Positions 1 to 7,783 of a stretch of DNA of 13,157 nt are shown one piece after another. Position 1 is the stretch's first letter; every line of letters starts with the position of its first letter. The position numbers were made by a program, and so were the translations under genes. This DNA is from an uncultured Acidobacteriota bacterium. Its GTDB lineage: Bacteria; Acidobacteriota; UBA6911; RPQK01; JAPXNP01. The stretch covers positions 1-13,157 of the forward strand of contig CAVZRV010000046.1 of assembly GCA_963777605.1 (NCBI GenBank). Reading direction: 5' to 3'. The notes beneath the pieces are model-generated. The model saw only the letters and a list, made by a program, of their open reading frames with translations. It ran no database searches and was not told the origin of the DNA.

Positions 1-507
1 CGGACATATGCCGAGCTCGGCGGAAGCATGCTCCAGCGGGTTATCCGCAGGGCGGGCGGAAGTGCAGAAGACGGTGCGTTTGCAGCGGTTCCCGGTGTAG
101 ATCTTGACCGATCCCGAGCCCTCTATCAGGCGTTCTCGGGGGCCATAGACCGGCAGCTCATCCTTTCAGCTCACGATCTGTCGGATGGGGGCCTCGGCGT
201 AGCCGTTGCCGAGTGCGCCATAGGAGGACGGCTCGGGGCAGAGGTGGATCTTTCGCGGGTTCCTGCTGATTCTCGTTCCCTGGATGCGGCCGCTCTCCTC
301 TTCTCTGAGAGCGCGTCGCGTTTTGTTGTTGAGGTAGCGGCGGACGCCGTGGGTTCATTCGAAGCGGCATTCGAAGGGTTGCCGGTCGCGCGAGTCGGGG
401 TGGTTACCGCGCGTCCGACGGTGAAGTTCACCAGCGGTCCCGAGGGCGAACTGGTCCTATCACTCCCCATCGATGAGCTCGTGGCAGCGTGGAAAATGGA
501 GATGTAA
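1..507 (+). CDS. purL: Phosphoribosylformylglycinamidine (FGAM) synthase, PurL subunit, C-terminal part (5' end outside the window)
   Basis: Frame is open from base 1 to TAA at 505-507. Contains PurL/AIRS C-domain motifs SAHDLSDGGLGVAVAE and LLFSESASRFVVEV, and lies directly upstream of purQ. Confidence 0.93.
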   Translation, partial: RTYAELGGSMLQRVIRRAGGSAEDGAFAAVPGVDLDRSRALYQAFSGAIDRQLILSAHDLSDGGLGVAVAECAIGGRLGAEVDLSRVPADSRSLDAAALLFSESASRFVVEVAADAVGSFEAAFEGLPVARVGVVTARPTVKFTSGPEGELVLSLPIDELVAAWKMEM

Positions 508-512
508 CGTCG

Positions 513-1319
513 ATGGTCAACGTATGCATTCTGACCGGCTACGGTATCAATGCCGACGAGGAGCTCGCCGAGGCGTTTCGGCGCACCGGTGCATGGGTCC
601 GGGAGATTCATCTCAACGATATGAGCGCAAACCCGGTGCAACTTGGGAACTACGGAATTCTCGGGATTCCCGGAGGATTCTCCTTCGGTGACCATCTCGG
701 CTCCGGGAAGGTCTTCGCCTTTCTGATCCGTCGACACCTTCGTGAGCATATTCGGAGTTTCATTTCCGGTGGAGGTCTGGTTATCGGCATCTGCAACGGT
801 TTCCAGGTTCTCGTAAAGAGTGGAATTCTCCCTGACTTGTCGCAGGACTGGACGCCGTCGGTTTCGCTGGTTCACAACGACGGCGGTACCTTCGTTGACA
901 AATGGGTGAGAATCCGGGTGAATCCACAGAATCCTTCGCCATGGCTTCGCGGTCTGGAAACGCTTTCGGTTCCCATTCGCCATGGCGAAGGACGTTTCGT
1001 TACGGCAAATGCAGGGGTGAGCCGGGCTCTTCAGCAGAACAATCTCGTAGCGTTCACCTACGAGGGTACGAACCCGAACGGCTCGGAGAACGCCATTGCC
1101 GGGATTACCGACAGAAGCGGACAGATCCTCGGTTTGATGCCTCATCCGGAGGCGTTCCTGGTGCAGCAGAACCATCCGAGGTGGACCCGGGAATCGGTTT
1201 CAAATGAAGCGGCCATGACCCTGTTTCGCAACGGGGTTGAATTGTCCAGCATAGGGTTTACCAGTAACTTATACGCCGAAGAATCAGACCCCGCCGACCC
1301 TTTCCTGTACCTGGTTTGA
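513..1319 (+). CDS. purQ: FGAM synthase glutaminase subunit PurQ (class I glutamine amidotransferase)
   Basis: ATG at 513 (MVNVCILTGYGINAD) with GGAG at 498-501. Motifs GGFSFGD, GICNGFQ (catalytic Cys), HGEG and GLMPHPE (His/Glu). The true stop may be earlier, at TAA 1265-1267, if an indel lies near 1242. Confidence 0.95.
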   Translation: MVNVCILTGYGINADEELAEAFRRTGAWVREIHLNDMSANPVQLGNYGILGIPGGFSFGDHLGSGKVFAFLIRRHLREHIRSFISGGGLVIGICNGFQVLVKSGILPDLSQDWTPSVSLVHNDGGTFVDKWVRIRVNPQNPSPWLRGLETLSVPIRHGEGRFVTANAGVSRALQQNNLVAFTYEGTNPNGSENAIAGITDRSGQILGLMPHPEAFLVQQNHPRWTRESVSNEAAMTLFRNGVELSSIGFTSNLYAEESDPADPFLYLV

Positions 1320-1344
1320 AAAAGTCGGAGAGTTGGCGTAGTAT
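1316..1344 (+). promoter_or_regulatory. Putative sigma70-type promoter for the bifunctional nuclease gene
   Basis: TTGAAA (1316-1321), 17-nt spacer, TAGTAT (1339-1344), followed by an AGAGGA ribosome-binding site (1353-1358) and ATG at 1364. Confidence 0.6.
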
Positions 1345-1363
1345 TGGTGAATAGAGGAACGCT

Positions 1364-1909
1364 ATGTTGGTGGAAGCTGAAATCTGGACGGTCGCACGCA
1401 CGGACAAGGGCAACGCTGTCCTGGTGAAGCCGTTGGAATCCGAACGTGCAGTTCCTATTTTCATTGGTCAACTCGAAGCACAGTCTATCCTCATCGGTCT
1501 TGGGAAGGTTCCCATGCCGAGGCCACTTACCCACGATCTGTTTCTGAGCGTCCTCGAACAGCTTGCAACGAAGATTGAGCGCGTTGAAATAACCGACTTG
1601 AAAGACGGAACTTTCTATGCGCAGATCAAGATGGTGCATGACGGAAACGAACTCTCGGTGGATTCCCGGCCCTCAGACGCCCTCGGCCTTGCTGCGCGCC
1701 TCCACTGTCCGGTTCTCATTTCCGACACGGTGGTCGAAGAGGCAGGCATTGAGATAAACCTCATTACCGAAGACGAGACCCAGGTCATTACCGAACCCGC
1801 AGAAGAGAGTGAACGCAACAAGCTCGAAGATGCCCTCGCAAAAGCGGTCGAAGAGGAAGACTACGAGGAAGCCGCGCGTATCCGGGACCGGCTGAACCAG
1901 CTTCAGTAA
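1364..1909 (+). CDS. Bifunctional nuclease family protein (DUF151/BFN) with C-terminal UVR (UvrB/C) coiled-coil domain
   Basis: DUF151 motifs VPIFIGQLEAQSI, PRPLTHDL, DGTFYA and VDSRPSDALGLA. C-terminal LEDALAKAVEEEDYEEAARIRDRL is a UVR motif. Good RBS. Confidence 0.9.
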   Translation: MLVEAEIWTVARTDKGNAVLVKPLESERAVPIFIGQLEAQSILIGLGKVPMPRPLTHDLFLSVLEQLATKIERVEITDLKDGTFYAQIKMVHDGNELSVDSRPSDALGLAARLHCPVLISDTVVEEAGIEINLITEDETQVITEPAEESERNKLEDALAKAVEEEDYEEAARIRDRLNQLQ

Positions 1910-3447
1910 GACGCAAGAACACGGTCAACCGTCCGACGAAGGACGTGCAAACGCTCTGTACCTATGGTCTGCTGCGAGTAGATGGCCTCATTGCAAATTC
2001 CCACAATCTGTTCGAACCCCTCCTCCAGCTCCGGATATCGATCCTGCAGGCGCGCAGCGTATTCGGCTGCTGTCAGATTGCTGAAATAGGCGTCTCCGTG
2101 TGTCTCTCCCCATTCAATGACTCGAATCAGCTCACGGCGCACGAGGTCGGTTTCTCTCCGCTTTTTCCGGTCCGGACGAAAAACGGTGCGTACGCCGGCG
2201 CGCCTCGAATCCCGCAACGCCTCAGACCCGGCGGCAGCGCGGCCCGAGAAGACCCGAAGGATCAGGTTTCCGACCGCCTCGATCTGTCTTCGAAGCGATC
2301 GAAAAAACCGGGCAACCCGTGAGCGCACGACCTTCAAAGGGTGCAACCGCTTCAGGAAGGCGGCAAAATCGCGGGAGACGAGTGGTCCGAAAAGAAAAAG
2401 GAGAACCAGTCCGGCGGCGGCGACAATTCCGAGCACCCGAACCACCTCCCAGAGGGTCTTCAGCCACGCCGGAGGGGGTCCTTGCGGTTTCTGTCTGAGG
2501 TAGCGGGAGAGGAGCTGCATTGAGTTTTGATCGGCGTGCGGCGGAGTAACGGCGATCGGCCGTGCGGTGACATGCTGAAACAGCGATGCGATCCACGCAA
2601 AGAATCTGAGCAGCAGGGAAAACGGGAGAATTGAGCGGTCAGCGGCAATGAGCAGGGCGATCAGGGCCGCGATGCCGCCGAGCGCCGCCGCCACGCCGAT
2701 CCGGTGGCGGATCCGGTCAAGGGAGAGCGTCAGACCGTCCGCCGCGAAGTCCATCTCATCAATGAAGATGTTGATGGACGCCCGGGTTGCAACGTAGCCG
2801 AGGCAGAAGACACAGTACCACAGATATGCGCCGCCTCCGGGAGGCAGTCCGACGAGCCACAGAGCAATAAGAACGACTGCAATCAACCCGAGGTAGAGGT
2901 TTGCCGATCTCCGGATTGAAAGAAGCCCCTCCCTTGCCTCACCTACTACGTGCGTGGACTGCCTTATTGCATGGTGCAGCGCCTCGCCGCGGTGGTCCCC
3001 ACGGATGAGGTGGAAAGTCTCCAGCACGCGCAGTCGCGAATGGATCCCGGCACTCAGCAGCCACCCGACCGCAAAGAGTGACACCCGTGCAATGGTGCGT
3101 GGATCCGGAACCAGACGCCGGAGGAGGGGACCACCGCGAAAGAACGCGAGGAGGAGATAAACTGCGGCCAGAATGAGCACAAACTCGCGTATCCGGGCAA
3201 ATGCGCCGGCACGCTCGCGGTGCACGAGATACGAGCCGACCGACTCTTCGATCTGCATGAACAGGAGCAGGAGAAAGGTTATGGGGGGGAATACCTGCAC
3301 CGACGCCCCGGAGCTCACACCGATGATGGAGTTTACCGCTTCGTTGACAATGACTCCAAGTGAGAGAAGAAAGAGAAAAGGAAGGGCAACGCTCATTGCA
3401 GGATGAATGACCGTTCGCCTGAATTGTGATGCGTGTGTATCAATCAA
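1903..3447 (-). CDS. Multi-pass membrane protein, probably with a C-terminal DUF4129-type domain (MoxR/DUF58-associated)
   Basis: 514-aa ORF with many hydrophobic segments and a soluble C-terminus (LTAAEYAARL...NEAIYS) resembling DUF4129. TTG start at 3447 overlaps the rebuilt DUF58 stop; alternative ATG at 3396. Context is typical for genes downstream of moxR and DUF58. Confidence 0.7.
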   Translation of the reverse strand: MIDTHASQFRRTVIHPAMSVALPFLFLLSLGVIVNEAVNSIIGVSSGASVQVFPPITFLLLLFMQIEESVGSYLVHRERAGAFARIREFVLILAAVYLLLAFFRGGPLLRRLVPDPRTIARVSLFAVGWLLSAGIHSRLRVLETFHLIRGDHRGEALHHAIRQSTHVVGEAREGLLSIRRSANLYLGLIAVVLIALWLVGLPPGGGAYLWYCVFCLGYVATRASINIFIDEMDFAADGLTLSLDRIRHRIGVAAALGGIAALIALLIAADRSILPFSLLLRFFAWIASLFQHVTARPIAVTPPHADQNSMQLLSRYLRQKPQGPPPAWLKTLWEVVRVLGIVAAAGLVLLFLFGPLVSRDFAAFLKRLHPLKVVRSRVARFFRSLRRQIEAVGNLILRVFSGRAAAGSEALRDSRRAGVRTVFRPDRKKRRETDLVRRELIRVIEWGETHGDAYFSNLTAAEYAARLQDRYPELEEGFEQIVGICNEAIYSQQTIGTERLHVLRRTVDRVLASY

Positions 3448-4628
3448 CGATTTTTTCCCCGGCGGGAGTCACCCAGCGCACCGTAAGAACTCCATCGAGC
3501 ATCGAATCGGATGCCCGGATTCCCTCGTCAACGTAGAAGAGCCGCGTTCGTGCCGGCGTGAACCGAGCGCACGAGCAATTCACGCGAAGCCGAATCGAGC
3601 GCCGGACCCACATAAAAAAGCCGCGCGCCCGTCGGAAGCCTGCTGCCGCCCCCGAAGAACTGAGCTATCGGCCCTTCCTCCTGCGGAAGCACTGTCGTGG
3701 CAATTCGGGCAAGAAGCTCGAGCGCCGCCACAGAATGCGGAACCCCCGCGCTCACGGAAAGCGCCGTAGAGCGTATTCCGGTCTCGTCCTCCGAGCTACC
3801 GGGTATATTTCCGGTTATATGAAGGCCTACGGGCTGACCCAGGTTTGTAGCACTCTGCACGAGCGACGCTGCAGCTTCTATTGCCCGTTCGGTATGCTGG
3901 TACCGGTTGCGCACCGCCCAGTGGCTCAAGTTCAGATCGAGCAGAATGAGCACCGGAAAACTGATGGCCGGCAGGTACTGCATGGTCTGGAGGGATCCGA
4001 TCCGTGCCGAGACCTTCCAGTTAATGCGTCTCGGATCGTCGCCGGGAACGTACTCCCGCAGCGAGCGATAGTTTGTCACGTCCTCGTAGATCGGGTTCCA
4101 TACCCGCATGTTACCGGACGGATTCCCGTCTTTGGAATGAATTGACAGCGGGTAGACCGAAGGATAGACCACCATGCTTCCGGTAGCGGGAAGGACAGTA
4201 CGCCACGGAAAGAATCCGAGCGGATCCGCGGTGGCGATCTGAACGGGACCGAGCGGATAGATCCCGCGATTGTAGCCCTTGAGCTCGTAGCGAAAGGTAA
4301 TTCTCTGCCGCGGTCGCAACGAAAGTGCCGCCCGATTCTGGTCTCTCGGAGCAAGATTTCCCGCATCGTCAATGAGGGAAAGATAGGAGATCGGAAGAAA
4401 ACTTCGGTTCACTACCGAGAGCTCGATGAGGGCTTCCTGGAACTTGAAGACCTTGACCGTTCCCTCGACCCGGGAGACCGAGAGCGAATGCCGTATGTTG
4501 ACCGAGTAGAGTTTGGACAGCAATGTAACGGTAATGAAGAAGATTGCCACCCATTGAACCGGCGCTATGGGAATGAACAGGAGGAGGAAGATCGATGCTG
4601 CAAGCCCGATCGCCGCCCCGCCGTTCAT
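3440..4628 (-). CDS. DUF58 domain protein (MoxR partner) with N-terminal TM helices; one frameshift near 3545
   Basis: Motifs ADPLGFF and SLREYVPGDDPRRINWKVSAR. ATGA overlap with the moxR stop at 4625-4628. The ORF track ends at 3528, but a shifted frame continues RLFYVDEGIRASDSMLDGVLTVRWVTPAGEKIVD to TGA at 3442-3440, overlapping the next start. Confidence 0.85.
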
Positions 4629-5578
4629 GAACCGCTCTGCAGAACCGGCACTGGAACCGAGTCGAGCACCCGGTCGACAATTCCCGAAACGGTCGTTCCT
4701 CGGATCTGGGCATCTGCGCTGAGAATTATCCGCTTATCGAAGACGCCGTGCGTGAGCTCCTTGACGTCATCCGGAACGACGTAGTCCCTTCCGCGAACTG
4801 CAGCGAGAGCCTGCGCTCCTTTGTAGAGTGCAAGCGTTCCCCGCGGAGAGACACCAATCCGGACGCCCGCAGCGCCTCGGGTCGCTTCGACGAGGTTGAC
4901 CATATAGTCAAACACCGCCTCGTCGACATACACCGAGAGGACCATCTCCTGCATTGCCCGGATTGTTTCAGGATTCGTAACCGGCTGCAAATCCACAACC
5001 GGGTGAGTCATCCGTCGCTGGTTTTCCACTATCTGTTTTTCGATATCCCGTTCCGGATACCCGACGCTCAGGGAGAGAAAAAATCGGTCCTTCTGCGCCT
5101 CGGGAAGCGGAAATGTGCCTTCGAACTCGACTGGATTCTGGGTGGCCATGACGAAGAATGGTTCCGGCAGCGGGAGGTTCTTTCCTTCGACGCTCACCTG
5201 ATTCTCAGCCATTGCTTCCAGAAGCGCGGATTGGGTTCGCGGCGTTGCGCGGTTTATTTCGTCCACAAGAACCACATTCGCATGAACCGGTCCGCGGTGA
5301 AAATGGAACTCCGAGTCCTGCGGATTATAGATCGATACGCCGAGGATATCGGCGGGCAGGAGGTCGGGGGTACACTGGATTCGGGAAAAAACACCGCCGA
5401 TAGATGTCGCGAGGGAACGGGCGACTATCGTCTTTCCGAGGCCGGGTACGTCCTCTATCAGCACGTGGCCACGGCAGAGGATTGCAACAAGAAGCCGTTC
5501 TATGACGAGACGTTTCCCGAGAAACACCTTCTCGACCTCGGCAACAACCTGCTCCGCCCATTGCTGTATTGTGATCAC
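4625..5578 (-). CDS. moxR: MoxR-family AAA+ ATPase (MoxR proper type), about 317 aa
   Basis: GTG at 5578 preceded by GGAGG. Walker A EDVPGLGKT, RIQCTPDLLPADI, Walker B VLVDEINRATPRTQSALLEAM, ATQNPVEFEGTFPLPEAQKDRF, GVSPRG and GRDYVVPDDVK. Confidence 0.93.
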   Translation of the reverse strand: MITIQQWAEQVVAEVEKVFLGKRLVIERLLVAILCRGHVLIEDVPGLGKTIVARSLATSIGGVFSRIQCTPDLLPADILGVSIYNPQDSEFHFHRGPVHANVVLVDEINRATPRTQSALLEAMAENQVSVEGKNLPLPEPFFVMATQNPVEFEGTFPLPEAQKDRFFLSLSVGYPERDIEKQIVENQRRMTHPVVDLQPVTNPETIRAMQEMVLSVYVDEAVFDYMVNLVEATRGAAGVRIGVSPRGTLALYKGAQALAAVRGRDYVVPDDVKELTHGVFDKRIILSADAQIRGTTVSGIVDRVLDSVPVPVLQSGS

Positions 5579-5596
5579 CGACCAGCCTCCGTATTC

Positions 5597-5602
5597 AGTA
5601 TA
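5597..5602 (-). promoter_or_regulatory. Possible -10 element (TATACT) upstream of moxR
   Basis: TATACT on the minus strand in the 35-bp gap between the rebuilt glycosidase stop and the moxR start; it overlaps TATAAT on the plus strand (5599-5604). No convincing -35 element. Confidence 0.3.
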
Positions 5603-5613
5603 ATGCTGATGGC

Positions 5614-7598
5614 TCAGGGAGTGTTGGAGACGACGGGAGGAATTGCTGCATCTGAGTAGGGGAGCAGTGTATTTCCGGATTGAATGGGCAACCATGTAGT
5701 AGTGCCCGGATGCATTCCAGAGAACGTAGCCGCCTACCTTTCCCTTTGCTGCACCCGTGAGCTGGTTTGTCAGGTACTTCCAGTAGGTGGGTTTATCGAA
5801 CTTGAGCTCTCCACCAATCAGAAACGCCTGGACCCATGGACGGATGACCGCGGTGCCATGAACTATGTCTTCAGCCCGGCGGGATCCTTCCTGGTAGATG
5901 AACTCCGCACGGTCCAGATAGCTCATCTTCGGATAGAAATCCCTGCTGAAGTGTGACGGATAGAACATTGGGCACACAACGTCTACATACCGGGAGAGCT
6001 CTTCGATATCCTGTCCGAGATACACCGTTCGATACCATGAATTGAACCCGTACACATCGATACTGATAGGGACATCCAGGGATTCGCGCGCCTTCTTCAG
6101 AAAGCCCGAAAGTGCCCCGACACGGTCCATTCCGGGGTCCTTGTAGTGAGAAACGATGTGGCTCACGTATCCGTCGGACGGAAACCGGATATAGTCGAAC
6201 TGTACCTCGTCGACGCCGAGTTTCTGCAGTTCCTTCGCAATCGCAATATTGTAATTCCAGACAAACTGGGAATAGGGATCTACCCACCATTCCACCTGAA
6301 CGGTCTTTTCCTCCGTCTTCTTCTGATCAGTCGACGTCGCACCGTTTCCGCTCTGCCCGGTCGCGTCTTTCTTTGACTGCTCCACCGGAACCGTCTCTTT
6401 CCGGTAGACCCCCCACGGCTTGTTCGTGGTCGAATCCCAGAGAGCATATTTGCCGTGCTCGTAGTAGTACAGCTCACGATCCTTGAATACGACCATTCGC
6501 GCAATTACGTAGATGCCGTTTGCGTGAGCCTGCTCGATGAGGTAACGCGCGTTGAAGAGCGGATGAACTGCCCCTGCATCGAGCGCCACTTTCACTTCGC
6601 TCTTGTAACGGAGAAGACCAAAGTCGTCCTTGAAGTCGACGACAATGCTGTTGAGTCCCTCCTTCTTTGCCAGTGCGAGGTAAGCGGGCAGGCGGTCCGG
6701 CTTCGCATTTACGGGCGACACGTAGATGCCGACACGATTACTGGCCTTCGCCATGCGTTCCTTCGCAGCCCGGAGAAACGGTCGTGAGCGGCGGAGAAGG
6801 GACACTCGTTTCAAGTGAAGCAGGTGCAATTTCGTTCCCGGTATCGAGGCGGGTAATCTTCCCGCTTTTCCGATTCCACTCGTATGTGCCGTAGCCGTAC
6901 CCGAGGGTGAATATGACCGATTCGGGATCGGAGGGCACGTAGTCAACCGAAGTGACTTCTTCCCAGAATCCGGCACCACGGTAGAAGAACTTCAACGAAG
7001 GAGTGTCGCACACCTGCTTCCACGTTTTTCCCATGTCCGTTGTTTCGTAAAAGCCGTCAAAGGACGTGCCGACGAGCATCGTGTTCCGGTCGAAGGGAGA
7101 GAGGTCAACTGCGGTGAGTTTTACATTGCGGTTAATCTGATCCTTGATCGGGACATCTTTCCAGCTCGATCCGGAGTCTTCCGAAAGATAGAGCCGGTCG
7201 GCGGCGGCGACTGCCACGCGATTCGGCGCAGCCGAATCCCACCCGTACGCAAGGAGATGGGAGCTCGACGGAGAGGCTTCAGCGGTTGTCGCAGTTGGCG
7301 AAACGGTGGCGGTCCAGCTTTTCCCCCCATCAGTGGAGACTTCGAGCGCATCGGACGTCGTGAATCGGTATTCCGGGGCCTGGAGAATTGGCGCCTTCGT
7401 GTCTACCGGGGCCGATTGCTCGGAGGGGGCATGTTGTCCGGTACCGGTCGGTGTACCACCGGACTGTGCGGAAGAGACAGTAAGGCGGGGAACCACCAGG
7501 AGCACAGCAGTGAGAATAAGGATCGTGGGTACCGCCGTGCCGACAATTCTTCGCGTTGTTTTCCGTTGGATAGCGTCCCTCCTGCGTGTTTGCGGCAT
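5614..7598 (-). CDS. Exported or membrane-anchored putative glycoside hydrolase: BNR/Asp-box repeat region plus DUF4015-like TIM-barrel domain (about 660 aa; frameshifts near 6770 and 5660)
   Basis: N-terminus is basic then hydrophobic (signal or anchor). Asp-boxes STDGGKSW, SEDSGSSW and TTDMGKTW. After a frameshift at CCC 6769-6771: RVGIYV, LNSIVVDFKDDFG, GIYVIARMVVFKD, WVDPYS, GVDEVQFDYIRFP, ISIDVYG, PMFYPSHF and IRPWVQAF. Removing one base from GGGG 5659-5662 gives the end APYSDAAIPPVVSNTP-TGA (5616-5614). Confidence 0.8.
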
Positions 7599-7621
7599 TC
7601 TACAACAATGGTCTCCGATTT

Positions 7622-7649
7622 GCTATAGTAACCATATGCATGAAGTCAA
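7622..7649 (-). promoter_or_regulatory. Candidate sigma70-type promoter for the minus-strand cluster
   Basis: TTGACT (7649-7644), 16-nt spacer, TATAGC (7627-7622) in the AT-richer divergent intergenic region upstream of ATG 7598. An overlapping TACTAT is also present. Confidence 0.4.
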
Positions 7650-7713
7650 GATGGCTCGGGAAGAACTGGTTCATCTTCTGAGTCGTTTCCTCATGCTTGG
7701 CTCTCAATGACGA

Positions 7714-7739
7714 CCCGGACAACGGTTGTTCCCGGACAA
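7714..7739. repeat. 9-bp direct repeat CCCGGACAA (x2) overlapping the palindrome ACAAC-G-GTTGT; possible operator
   Basis: CCCGGACAA at 7714-7722 and 7731-7739; inverted repeat ACAACGGTTGT at 7719-7729; about 45 nt upstream of the malQ start. Confidence 0.4.
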
Positions 7740-7783
7740 TCGTGAACGTCCGCCCCATCTTCGGGCTCGAGAGGTTTTGTGCC

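Noticed and set aside
171-1175. 334-aa minus-strand ORF
   Set aside because: Antisense shadow of purL/purQ with no recognisable motifs; such ORFs are common in GC-rich DNA.
4748-5659. 303-aa plus-strand ORF
   Set aside because: Antisense to the well-conserved moxR gene; no motifs.
4625-6979. 784-aa ORF as a single real protein
   Set aside because: It is a chimera of an out-of-frame N-terminus, the GH domain and MoxR, created by two indels. moxR has its own RBS and GTG start.
7535-7598. Twin-arginine (Tat) signal in the glycosidase (TRRRD, TRRIVG)
   Set aside because: Poor match to the S/T-R-R-x-F-L-K consensus; better explained as the basic n-region of a Sec signal or membrane anchor.
7697-7783. 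29-aa N-terminal extension of MalQ from the upstream TTG
   Set aside because: ATG at 7784 has a GAGAGG RBS and sits just before the first conserved GH77 motif; the upstream stretch looks regulatory.
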